Below are positions 19,101-27,189 of a stretch of 64,000 nucleotides of DNA, one piece after another. Within the stretch, counting starts at the first letter, position 1. The number at the start of each line of letters is the position of its first letter. The position numbers and the translations under genes are program-made. This DNA comes from Candidatus Beckwithbacteria bacterium GW2011_GWC1_49_16. Its GTDB lineage: Bacteria > Patescibacteriota > Microgenomatia > UBA1400 > CG1-02-47-37. The notes under the pieces were generated by a model. The model did not search any database and was not told the DNA's origin. It worked only from the letters and a program-made list of their open reading frames with translations. The stretch lies in the NCBI GenBank assembly GCA_001029675.1, contig CP011210.1, forward strand, positions 948,891 to 1,012,890, written 5' to 3'.

Positions 19101-20185
19101 CAGATGTTAGTCATTTCTCTGGGCGGGATAAAACAGAACATTTTATGATTATCTGTAGTAGCTATTTTTTGACCTGACTCGGTTGTAAAAGTAATGAGCC
19201 TAACTTTTCTTTTTTGCTTGAAAACCCTTTTAACTTTAGCGTAAGAGGTGTAGCCTTTACCTACCGCGGTTAAAACTTCATCTCCGGCTTTAATCTTTTC
19301 GATGTTTTTAAGGCCTGATTTGGTGTTGATTTTGATGCCCGCCGGCAAACACTGGTTCGGGTCTCCGACAACAAAGACATTGGCCTGATCGCCCCAGTAG
19401 GAAGCCAGAAGTTGTAAAACCTGGTTTTGAGCCGAGTTGGTATCCTGGTACTCGTCAACTAAAAAATAAAGCAGGCGCTCCTGATGGGTTCTTAATATGT
19501 TGGTATCCTGCTTAAAAGCGACTGCCACAAAATTGATCATGTCTTCAAAGTCATAGCGGCCTTTTTGGGCGAGTAACTTTTGGTAGGTTTGATAAACCCG
19601 AGCCAGGTCGTAGTTTTTGTCCAGCGTTTTTCTAGCGTTTAATAAGGCGGTGGCGGAAAGTTTGTTCTTCTCTTTTACCAACGAGGCTTTCTCTTTTTTG
19701 ACGATGGCGGCAAAAGTGATCGGGCTGACGGCTTCTCTTTTGAGGTCTTTTATTGATTCTATTAGGCTTGGGGTGTAGTAGAGGGGCGAGTTGGCCGGCT
19801 TGATAGCTTTAAAACGGCCGTGAGACAAAATCTGGTTAAAAATATCCACCCTTTCCAGTTCGGAAAGAGGCTCAAGATTCAAAGAAATGGCAAAGCGGTC
19901 GGCAAATTCCTGGATGACCGAGGAGCAAAAAGAGTGAAAAGTGGAGATATTAACGTAATAGGCCGGTTGGCCGATAGTGGCAAGTAGCCTCTGGCGCATC
20001 TCTCTGGCGCCGGATTCGGTAAAAGTTAAAGCCAAAATGCCGTCGGGGGGAGTGTCGGTTTTTTTCAAGATGTAAGCGATGCGCTCGGCGATGATCTGGG
20101 TTTTGCCGGTGCCGGGGCCGGCGATGACCATGACCGGGCCTTCGATGGTAGTGACGGCTTTAACTTGGGCCGGGTTTAGCTTCAT
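16085..20185 (-). CDS. UvrD-like helicase with C-terminal PD-(D/E)XK nuclease (AddA/AdnB-like), intein-containing
   Basis: AGPGTGKT, VDEYQD, NYRS, KGREW, ERRLFYV.LTRA; C-terminal GKIDRVD/DYKTG with Cys pattern C...CxxC(x5)C. Confidence 0.9.
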   Translation of the reverse strand: MKLNPAQVKAVTTIEGPVMVIAGPGTGKTQIIAERIAYILKKTDTPPDGILALTFTESGAREMRQRLLATIGQPAYYVNISTFHSFCSSVIQEFADRFAISLNLEPLSELERVDIFNQILSHGRFKAIKPANSPLYYTPSLIESIKDLKREAVSPITFAAIVKKEKASLVKEKNKLSATALLNARKTLDKNYDLARVYQTYQKLLAQKGRYDFEDMINFVAVAFKQDTNILRTHQERLLYFLVDEYQDTNSAQNQVLQLLASYWGDQANVFVVGDPNQCLPAGIKINTKSGLKNIEKIKAGDEVLTAVGKGYTSYAKVKRVFKQKRKVRLITFTTESGQKIATTDNHKMFCFIPPREMTNIWYVYLMYKKSLGWRLGITRSLSVRLKIEAGADKIIGLSAHKSEAEARYREMVLSLTYKIPTVVFQERNNAITGKWLKKLYQEFDTEKNAAILAQDLGVNLNQPHYIRDATTLGDGRIKINLVMCSRNYRSKYDKKGLLQSPSILHELRIQTSNKKIIKKLNKLGFKLRNKNIGKGFRLNNTDFSQLYKIAEKLERKLPGIIDIKAPLGTTRIQHRPSRIMQAGNILVGNYLPVVRRHKVIYDKVIKREKKIKTINVYDLEVPPSHNFVANNVVVHNSIFRFQGASTENFIAFNNLFPQAQVIELAQNYRSTQTILDASAAVIKKNQLQLKKATTTLKSQGKFKEQKLSLVRFPSETLETFWLAREIDRLIKSGTKPESIAVLFRHNADAGTLAEMLTKFGVSLDIEGGGNVLIDPVVNQFLLLLKVISDAGGGAGDDLDLFTLLNYQFLKLDALDILKLSRAVAQADTNLVDFILSPQFKKLKLKSGSKITKFIGKLSDWRKLDAEKTFSQFFEMVLKQSGFLSWLETLPDSVEKLNRLNSLFAEVKSLNQADHSLNLVGFIKALELMEQNRLSVVEQDLDIKTNAVTLSTVHKAKGREWDYVFIYRAIDKKWGNNRTRELIKLPQGILSFTDLQKKEKNEDERRLFYVGLTRARKKVCVTYADRYSGSVTGKEAVPSMFVSEIPQKYLEPVSPQLTKQAKQALTKLLKPLPQVTPSVKESDFLNLILKDFKLSATALNTYLACSYKFKLNNLIRVPRAKQAYLSFGTAVHKALEIFYRRFLKTNRLPAKEFLLSQFKKALGSEVLTPVRHADFIDKGVNALAAYYRYYHQEMTKPLAVELRFGGFYSKPYLDDIPLSGKIDRVDLIDKTKKTIKVTDYKTGPTKSANDILGQTKTSSGDLFRQLVFYRLLFAADPRLSYKVLEAELDFVESGLKKTKFVKRSFDIPDDQVAKLMTTIKSSMKAIRRHRFARTTDYQRHCLRCEYRRHCWPLGLPTDRQDLPQST
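18275..19351 (-). mobile_element. Intein (359 aa) in helicase motif III
   Basis: GDPNQ|CLPAG...TTDNHKMF...VYDLEV...HNFVANNVVVHN|SIFRFQGA. Removing it restores GDxxQSIxxFxGA. Visibly AT-richer than the exteins. Confidence 0.95.
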
Positions 20186-20697
20186 TTAAGATGCTGGTAA
20201 AAGTAAATGGCGGCGATTAACCGCCCCTTATAGCGGTTGGCTTTGGGGAGACGGCCATATTGCTTGAAGCCCATTTTTTTATAAAAGGCTAGGGCGACTT
20301 TATTTTCGGCCATACATTGTAAGATGGCGGTAGTTAGTTTCAATTTTTTCCGAGCTTGTTTTAAGGTATAGGAAAACAATTTCTTACCTAGGCCTTCAGA
20401 GCGATATTCTTTTAGAAGGGCAATCCCAATTTCGCCGAGGTGGCGGGAACGACGACCTTGTCTTTCGACGCCGCAGGAACCGATCATTTTCTTGCCGTCA
20501 AAAACGCAGGTGATGACTTTGTTGTTCTGTTTGATTTTTTTAAGGTCTGTTTGAAAGTGTTCCCTCTCTGCTTTTTTGGTGAGTGGTTCATCGGGGCTTA
20601 GGGTGATGAAGGTGTCTTCGGCTTCGATGGTCTTGGCGTAGCGGTAGAGAGCTTCAAAGTCTGTGGGGCGAGGAGGGCGAAAAGTAATTTTTTTCAT
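20182..20697 (-). CDS. GNAT N-acetyltransferase (RimJ/RimL-like)
   Basis: GIALLKEYRSEGLG, N..A..FY.KMGF. Confidence 0.85.
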   Translation of the reverse strand: MKKITFRPPRPTDFEALYRYAKTIEAEDTFITLSPDEPLTKKAEREHFQTDLKKIKQNNKVITCVFDGKKMIGSCGVERQGRRSRHLGEIGIALLKEYRSEGLGKKLFSYTLKQARKKLKLTTAILQCMAENKVALAFYKKMGFKQYGRLPKANRYKGRLIAAIYFYQHLK

Positions 20698-21677
20698 TTA
20701 AGCTTTTTGGGTTCGTCTTTGGGAGCAATCTGCCTAGTGGAATCGAGTTTTTGGCCCAAGAGGTTAAAGCTTTTGGCGACGTTGGCAAATTGGTTGTAGG
20801 CGTTGTTTAAATGCTTACCTAAAAGCTCCAACACCGATTCAGTTTTCTCGTAGTCTTTTTGGATGGCCCGCATCAGCCGAAAAATTTCTCGGGTTTTGGC
20901 TTCGATTTTTTGTCCCTCAAATGACAACAGTAGGCTTTGCAAGACCATATACAAAGTGTTGGGAGAAACTGGATAAATCCGGTAGGTTTTGGCAAATTCT
21001 AAAAGAGCCGGGGTGGTGGCAATTTCGTGGTAAACGGCCTCAGAAGGAATGTACATGATCGCCAAGTCCAAAGTGCCCTCCTCGGGGAAAATGTATTTTG
21101 AGGCGATGGCGACGACGTGTTTTTTGACATCGCGGGCAAATTCCTTTTTGGCAGCCACGCGTTCTGCCTTGCTGTCGGCAGTGGTCATTTTCCGAAAATT
21201 TTCTAAGGGGAATTTGGAATCTATGGGTAAGATGCCGGCCGAGGTTTTGATGGCGGCGTCGACTTTGTCCCCTGACTTAAAAGCATATTGGAGATGAAAG
21301 CTGTCTTTGGGGAATGATTGGCTGATTAAATCCTTTAACACCTGTTCGCCAATGTTGCCGCGTAGTTTGGGTGATTTTAAAAAAACTTGCAACTCCCGCA
21401 TCGATTGGCCGAGTTCGTTCATCTGACCCACCTCTTTAGCTACGTCTCTTATATATTTGGCGGCGTTGTCCAGGCGCTCGTTTAAAGTTTTGGTCGACTG
21501 CTGCATCGAGCTGGTCAAGGTCGGCGACAGTTTCTGGAGGCTGTCGATTACCTTCAAAAGATTGTCGTCGGGTTTGAGACTATCTTTTAACTGGCTAAAC
21601 TGGCGATTGACCAACCAAGCCACTAAGGCCAAAGCAACGATTATTAAGGCAGCAATCAAGTAAATGTCTGGAGACAT
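20694..21677 (-). CDS. rmuC: DNA recombination protein RmuC
   Basis: RGNIGE, IDSKFP, IASKYI.P..GT.D.A.MYIPSE, SP.T. Confidence 0.92.
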   Translation of the reverse strand: MSPDIYLIAALIIVALALVAWLVNRQFSQLKDSLKPDDNLLKVIDSLQKLSPTLTSSMQQSTKTLNERLDNAAKYIRDVAKEVGQMNELGQSMRELQVFLKSPKLRGNIGEQVLKDLISQSFPKDSFHLQYAFKSGDKVDAAIKTSAGILPIDSKFPLENFRKMTTADSKAERVAAKKEFARDVKKHVVAIASKYIFPEEGTLDLAIMYIPSEAVYHEIATTPALLEFAKTYRIYPVSPNTLYMVLQSLLLSFEGQKIEAKTREIFRLMRAIQKDYEKTESVLELLGKHLNNAYNQFANVAKSFNLLGQKLDSTRQIAPKDEPKKLK

Positions 21678-21703
21678 AAGCGAATTAATTGTAACATAAA
21701 GGC

Positions 21704-22030
21704 ATGAGGTCTAAGAGAAAAAACTTTTTACCGACTCTGGTTTTAATCTTGGTGTTGTGGGGGCTTTTGGGGTTGCTTCTGACCCAGGTTGATCCGGAGC
21801 TGGTAAAGGATATTTTAGTGCCGGGGCTTTACTTGCCGTTTTTTTTGCTGTTTTTTCCGGCTAGTTTTTTAACGCTGGCGGTAGTGCTAGCTAACAGCCG
21901 CCGGGGCTTGATTGTGGCCTCGGCTTTAAATTTGTTTTTGGCGTTACGGCTTTTCGGTTTGGGAAACGTTCTCAATCTAATCTTACTTGCCGGAATTGCG
22001 GTGGCAGTTGACCGCTACTTTGAGGTATAG
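21704..22030 (+). CDS. Small integral membrane protein
   Basis: About four hydrophobic segments; -10-like box 6 nt upstream. Confidence 0.6.
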   Translation: MRSKRKNFLPTLVLILVLWGLLGLLLTQVDPELVKDILVPGLYLPFFLLFFPASFLTLAVVLANSRRGLIVASALNLFLALRLFGLGNVLNLILLAGIAVAVDRYFEV

Positions 22031-22052
22031 TTTAATTAGTTAAAGTTGATTT

Positions 22053-22427
22053 ATGCAAGTTTCCAAGCTGGACGTTGCCAAGGATGTAGAGCAAAAGATT
22101 TTCCGGTCGCTTTATCAGGTGTTAGCAGACCTTAAAAATCCCAATGACGTGGCCAAGTTTTTAGACGACGTTTTGAGTGACACAGAAAGAACGGTTTTGG
22201 CCAAAAGGTTGGGCATTGCGGTGTATTTGTCTAAAAACCGGTCGTACGAGTCGATTAGGCGTGATCTTAGAGTTTCAAGCGCCACGATTGCCAGCGTCCA
22301 AAAGTGGCTGGAACACAGCGGCGAAGGCTTGATGCTGGCCTTAAAGCGGATTGAGGCGGACGAGTGGGCGGCGGTGGCGGCGGGCAAGATTGCGGCATCC
22401 TTCAAACGAGCATTTAAACGCAACTAG
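22053..22427 (+). CDS. TrpR-like (YerC/YecD) HTH protein
   Basis: FL.D.LS.TE...LAKRL...SY..I...L.VS.ATIA.V. Confidence 0.85.
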   Translation: MQVSKLDVAKDVEQKIFRSLYQVLADLKNPNDVAKFLDDVLSDTERTVLAKRLGIAVYLSKNRSYESIRRDLRVSSATIASVQKWLEHSGEGLMLALKRIEADEWAAVAAGKIAASFKRAFKRN

Positions 22428-22465
22428 AGTTTGGGATTTTTCGGCTTTGGGCTAAAATAGGACTT

Positions 22466-24010
22466 ATGGCAGACAAATTTTATGTGACGGCGGCGATCCC
22501 TTACGTCAATGGTCTTCCCCACTTGGGACACACCCTGGAGTTTACCATCGTTGATGTAATTTCCCGTTACCAGCGGCTTTCTAGTAAGAAAGCGCTGTTG
22601 ACTTCTGGTTCGGATGAAAATGGCCAGAAGATTTTGCAAGCGGCCAAAAAGGAAAATTTACCACCGCAAAAATTGGCGGACAAGTATACCAAAGATTTTC
22701 TGGCTCATGCCAAACAACTTAACGTTAATTTTGACGTCTGGCGGAGAGGAACGGACAAGAAAAATCACTGGCCGGGGGTGGTAAAGTTGTGGCAGCGGGC
22801 AGAAAAGAATGGTGACATTTACAAGAAAAAGTATCAAGGGCTTTACTGCGTCGGCTGCGAGCAGTTTTACAAAAAGGGTGAGCTTGTCGACGGCAAGTGT
22901 CCGGAGCATTTGATCAAGCCCGAGGTGGTGGAAGAGGAGAACTACTTTTTCAAATTGTCACGCTACCAAAAACGCCTGGAAAAGCTGATTGCTGACGGCA
23001 AGTTGCGGGTGCTGCCCGAGGTAAGAAAAAACGAGACGTTAGGCTTTATCAGGCAGGGCCTGGAAGATTTCTCGGTGTCTCGGCCTAAAGAAAGGTTGTC
23101 CGACTGGGGCATCCCGGTGCCCGGAGATGACTCCCAAGTAATGTACGTTTGGTTTGACGCTTTGACGATTTACATGACGGCGGTGGGGTGGAACTGGGAT
23201 TTGAAAAAGTTTAAAACCTGGTGGCCGGCAGATTTGCACGTTATCGGCAAAGGAATTTATCGCTTTCACACGGTCTACTGGCCGGCGATGCTTCTTTCCA
23301 CCGGGTTCCCCTTGCCCAAAGCGGTCTTAGTTCACGGCTATGTCACTTCCGACGGGCAAAAGATGGCCAAATCTTTGGGAAACGTGGTGGATCCGGAAAA
23401 GTTGCTGGCAAAATACGGCACCGATCCAGTGCGCTACTATTTACTCAAAGAAATTCCTACCCAGTCGGACGGCGATTTTACCGAAGCGCGCTTCAAAGAG
23501 GTCTACAACGCCGATTTGGCTAACGGTTTGGGAAATTTGGTGGCACGGGTTTTAACCATGGCCGACAAATTTACCGGCGGGAAGGTGCCGTCAGTTGATC
23601 AAGACCCGGACGCTCACCCTCTGCGCGTCGATGAAAAAATCTATAACTGGAAAAAGGCCTGGCAGGCGATTGACCAACACGTCAATGCTTATGAGTTTCA
23701 GCGGGCGCTTGAAGCCATTTGGGAGTTTGTCCACGCAGCTGATAAATACATTGATGAAAACAAGCCCTGGGAACTGGCTAAAAAGGGGCAACAAAAAGAA
23801 ATCGACTGGGTAGTTTATGGACTGCTTGATAGCTTGCATCAGCTAGCGTGGCAGATTTACCCCTTTCTGCCGGAAACGGCGCAAAAAGTCGCCCATGCGC
23901 TCTCGATCGAAAAACTGCTGGCTAAAAATCCTATTTTTAAAGATAGCTGGGTGAATATTAAGCCGGGCACCAAAATTAAAAAAATTAAACCTTTGTTTCC
24001 TAGGCTTTAA
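22466..24010 (+). CDS. metG: Methionyl-tRNA synthetase (short form)
   Basis: PY.NG.PHLGH, YCVGCE, YVWFDAL, KMAKSLGN, LAN.LGNL. Confidence 0.96.
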   Translation: MADKFYVTAAIPYVNGLPHLGHTLEFTIVDVISRYQRLSSKKALLTSGSDENGQKILQAAKKENLPPQKLADKYTKDFLAHAKQLNVNFDVWRRGTDKKNHWPGVVKLWQRAEKNGDIYKKKYQGLYCVGCEQFYKKGELVDGKCPEHLIKPEVVEEENYFFKLSRYQKRLEKLIADGKLRVLPEVRKNETLGFIRQGLEDFSVSRPKERLSDWGIPVPGDDSQVMYVWFDALTIYMTAVGWNWDLKKFKTWWPADLHVIGKGIYRFHTVYWPAMLLSTGFPLPKAVLVHGYVTSDGQKMAKSLGNVVDPEKLLAKYGTDPVRYYLLKEIPTQSDGDFTEARFKEVYNADLANGLGNLVARVLTMADKFTGGKVPSVDQDPDAHPLRVDEKIYNWKKAWQAIDQHVNAYEFQRALEAIWEFVHAADKYIDENKPWELAKKGQQKEIDWVVYGLLDSLHQLAWQIYPFLPETAQKVAHALSIEKLLAKNPIFKDSWVNIKPGTKIKKIKPLFPRL

Positions 24011-24041
24011 ACCCAGTCATACTTAAGATAATTTAAATTAT

Positions 24042-24737
24042 TTAAGTTTTATCCCATCTTTCTTTGTCATGATAAAGTTGCAGCCACTGGTTTAGGGTTA
24101 GAGTCGTGGGGCGGCGGGCAGAGGCAAAGCTTCTTTTAATAAAACTTTGATAGTTTTTTCTTTGAGACCAGGGCAATAGCGGTTTGTCGCGCTGTTGAAT
24201 CCGCAGCAAAACCGAGGCGACTTTAGGTTTGGGCACAAAATCGCGCCGGTGAAATTTGTGGACAATGGCAAAGCGAAACCAGGGACGCCAACAGACAGAA
24301 AACTGACCCCGGTAAGAAATCCCCGACCAGCGCTCGGCCACATCTTTTCTGACCACCAAGTAGCTATCTTGCGGCGGATTAATATCATTAAGTAATTTGC
24401 GAACAATTAAACCCTCAACATCAAATGGTAAATTAGCAAACACCTTGTAAGCTTCGTGGGGCAACTCCCAGGTTAAAAAGTCCTGATGAATAAGTTTTAA
24501 ATTGGGGGTGTTGGAGAAATCGCGGCTAAGCTGCTGATATAGGCTCTGATCCAACTCAACAGCAACCACCTGTTTGGCAACGTCCAACAACTCGGCAGTT
24601 ATGATCCCTTTGCCCGGACCAACTTCAATGACTAAATCGTTTTTACCAATAGAAGATTGCCGTACCAGTTGGTGGACCAACTGACGGTTATGAAGAAATC
24701 GCTGGGAAAGTTCCGGCCTCCGCCAAGACGTATACAT
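24042..24737 (-). CDS. Erm-like 23S rRNA adenine N6-methyltransferase (RrnaAD family)
   Basis: SQRFL, EVGPGKG.IT, VELD, ANLPF, F.PKPKVAS, LTLNQW. The SQxF and QW features resemble Erm more than KsgA. Confidence 0.78.
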   Translation of the reverse strand: MYTSWRRPELSQRFLHNRQLVHQLVRQSSIGKNDLVIEVGPGKGIITAELLDVAKQVVAVELDQSLYQQLSRDFSNTPNLKLIHQDFLTWELPHEAYKVFANLPFDVEGLIVRKLLNDINPPQDSYLVVRKDVAERWSGISYRGQFSVCWRPWFRFAIVHKFHRRDFVPKPKVASVLLRIQQRDKPLLPWSQRKNYQSFIKRSFASARRPTTLTLNQWLQLYHDKERWDKT

Positions 24738-24765
24738 GGCGGCGGCGGAGCATCATGGTAATCAT
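24688..24765 (-). other. Candidate leader ORF MITMMLRRRHVYVLAEAGTFPAISS overlapping the erm start in another frame
   Basis: Manual translation; TATAAT at 24775-24780 (-) lies 9 nt upstream of its ATG. Confidence 0.45.
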
Positions 24766-24838
24766 AGCGGTAGGATTATAACATAACCATCAGGATCATT
24801 AAGGCCTGATCCTATAACAGATGAGATATAATAGGAGA

Positions 24839-25678
24839 ATGTTGGTAGATACCCATAATCATCTTAACTTTGAGGCGTTCGATAAGGACTGGGAAGCGGC
24901 GGTGAATAGGGCCAGCGAGGCCGGGGTAGGAAAAATGATAGTGGTGGGGACGGATATTGATACCAGCCTTAAAGCGATTGCCATGGCCAAACAAAGAAAA
25001 ACGCTTTGGGCCACGGTCGGATTTCATCCCCACCACGTTAAAGCCTTAATTAAACTCCCCTACGCCAGGGTACAGCTGGCGCAAATTACCGACCAGTTGA
25101 AGAAAATGGCCCGAGGTAAACAGGTGGTGGCGGTGGGAGAATGCGGCCTGGATTATCACACTTACCAAAACAGTCGGCATAAACACCCGGACAACGGCCG
25201 GGACTGGGAGAAACTGAAAGACTTACAAAAGCAGATATTTGGGATGCAGATAGAGTTGGCCCGAGAATTAAAGCTGCCTTTGGTGATTCACAACCGGGAA
25301 GCGGACATGGAGGTGTTGGATGCGATTGACCATTTTTGCAAAAAAGACGGCAATGTGCCCCGTGGGGTGCTCCATTGCATTTCGGGCAGCAGTGAGTTTT
25401 TAGAAAAAGGCCTTAACATGGGTTTTTATATCGGGGTTGACGGCAACGTCACTTATGACGGCAAGGTTAAGGCCTTGGCGAAAAAGATTCCTTTGGAGCG
25501 GCTGGTGGTCGAGACCGACTCGCCGTACCTCGCCCCTAAACCGCGACGACGGTTGAGGAATGAGCCGGCCAATGTTAAAATCGTGGCCGAGTTTCTGGCG
25601 AAACTTAAAAATATATCCAGAGAAAAACTAGAGCAGGCAACCACGAAAAACGCCGAAAGGTTATTTAATTTACACTAA
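24839..25678 (+). CDS. tatD: TatD-family DNase
   Basis: DTHNHL, GFHPH, GECGLDY, IHNREA, HC, ETDSPYL, RNEP. Start trimmed to ATG 24839. Confidence 0.93.
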   Translation: MLVDTHNHLNFEAFDKDWEAAVNRASEAGVGKMIVVGTDIDTSLKAIAMAKQRKTLWATVGFHPHHVKALIKLPYARVQLAQITDQLKKMARGKQVVAVGECGLDYHTYQNSRHKHPDNGRDWEKLKDLQKQIFGMQIELARELKLPLVIHNREADMEVLDAIDHFCKKDGNVPRGVLHCISGSSEFLEKGLNMGFYIGVDGNVTYDGKVKALAKKIPLERLVVETDSPYLAPKPRRRLRNEPANVKIVAEFLAKLKNISREKLEQATTKNAERLFNLH

Positions 25679-25680
25679 TC

Positions 25681-27171
25681 ATGGTGAAAGAGTATTTGAA
25701 TAAAAATCAAAAGCGGGTGATGCGGACTTTGGAGATTCTGCCGGGAGCCATCTCTTGGTCTTTGATTATTTTCCCCATCTGGGGGTCGCTGGTGATACCG
25801 GTGGCGGTCGCTTACTACATCATTGCCTTTGACGTTTACTGGCTGTATCGGTCAATCTGGACGGCGACATTGTCTTTAATTGCCCACTACCGGTTGCGGG
25901 CGGCACAGCAGTTTGATTGGTTAAACGAAGCCCAGTCGTTTCTTGATTGGGAAAGGATCCACCACATCGTGGTGATTCCCACTTACCAAGAACCCTTGTA
26001 TATTTTAAAGCGGACTTTGACCGGGCTTTCCCAGCAGACTTTTCCCAGAGAAAACCTGACGGTAGTGGTGTCTTTTGAAGAGCGGGAAGGAGAGGCGGCC
26101 ACAAAGATGGGGAGAATTTTAAAACGGGAGTTTGGTGAGATTTTTGGCAATTTTATCATCACTTTTCACCCTGATTTGCCGGGAGAGGTTAAAGGCAAGT
26201 CTTCAAACACTGCCTGGGCGGCGCGGCTAGCTAAAAAGAAGCTAATTGACGAACAGGAACGGGACATCAATTATGTGACGATTACCTCAAACGACGCCGA
26301 CGCCTTGCTTCACAAGCAATACTTTTCCTATTTGACTTTCAAGTTTTTGGACGACCCGGACAGATATGAGAAGATTTGGCAGTCGGCGATCCAGTTTTAC
26401 AACAACATCTGGCGGCTGCCGGCCGTCACCCGAGCCTACAACCGGGTGTCTTCGGTAGTTCAGACCGGGATTTTGATGAGAAAAGACAGGTTGATGAATT
26501 TTTCCACCTACACTTTGAGCTTGAAGCTGGTAGATAAGGTGGGCTACTGGGATACGGACGTCATTCCCGAAGACTACCGGATGTTCTTTAAAACCTTTTA
26601 TGCCACCCGGGGTAAGGTCGAAGTCGAACCGATATTTTTGCCGGCGTTTTGCGACGCGGCCGAGTCGACGACGTTTTGGAAGACGATGAAAAACCAGTAT
26701 AACCAAGTCAAACGCTGGGCTTGGGGGGTGTCGGACGACGCTTATATTATTTACAAATGGCTGACGGTGCCCAACATGCCGTTTTGGGAAAAGTCGATCC
26801 GGGCCATGTATGTAATTAAGGATCACGTCTTGTGGCCGGTGAACTGGTTTGCCATCACCTTGGGGGCCAACATTCCACCGCTACTTAATAAAGATTTCAA
26901 CCGGACGATTATCGGCAAGACCCTGCCCCAGGTGTCGTCGGGGATTTTGACTTTGGCCTTGGTAGCACTGGCGGCGATCATTTTTATTGACTGGCAGCAA
27001 AAACCCAAGGCGCCGGAAGGAACTCCCTGGTGGAAGCGGTTTTTTGCGCCGTTTGAGTTTGTGTTACTGCCCATCGTCGGCTTTTTCTTCACCGCGCTTC
27101 CCGGGCTAGACGCCCACACCCGGCTGATGCTTGGCCGCTACATCGAGTACAAGGTGACGGAGAAGGTTTAG
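25681..27171 (+). CDS. Membrane GT2-family glycosyltransferase
   Basis: IPTYQE, KGKSSN, DAD, IPED, QVKRWAWG (QxxRW) with flanking TMs. Confidence 0.85.
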   Translation: MVKEYLNKNQKRVMRTLEILPGAISWSLIIFPIWGSLVIPVAVAYYIIAFDVYWLYRSIWTATLSLIAHYRLRAAQQFDWLNEAQSFLDWERIHHIVVIPTYQEPLYILKRTLTGLSQQTFPRENLTVVVSFEEREGEAATKMGRILKREFGEIFGNFIITFHPDLPGEVKGKSSNTAWAARLAKKKLIDEQERDINYVTITSNDADALLHKQYFSYLTFKFLDDPDRYEKIWQSAIQFYNNIWRLPAVTRAYNRVSSVVQTGILMRKDRLMNFSTYTLSLKLVDKVGYWDTDVIPEDYRMFFKTFYATRGKVEVEPIFLPAFCDAAESTTFWKTMKNQYNQVKRWAWGVSDDAYIIYKWLTVPNMPFWEKSIRAMYVIKDHVLWPVNWFAITLGANIPPLLNKDFNRTIIGKTLPQVSSGILTLALVALAAIIFIDWQQKPKAPEGTPWWKRFFAPFEFVLLPIVGFFFTALPGLDAHTRLMLGRYIEYKVTEKV

Positions 27172-27189
27172 GGCTGATACAATAAAAGC

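Noticed and set aside
24042-24737. Calling this gene ksgA/rsmA because it neighbours tatD
   Set aside because: It is antisense to metG/tatD and has Erm-like SQxF and QW features; left without a gene symbol pending phylogeny.
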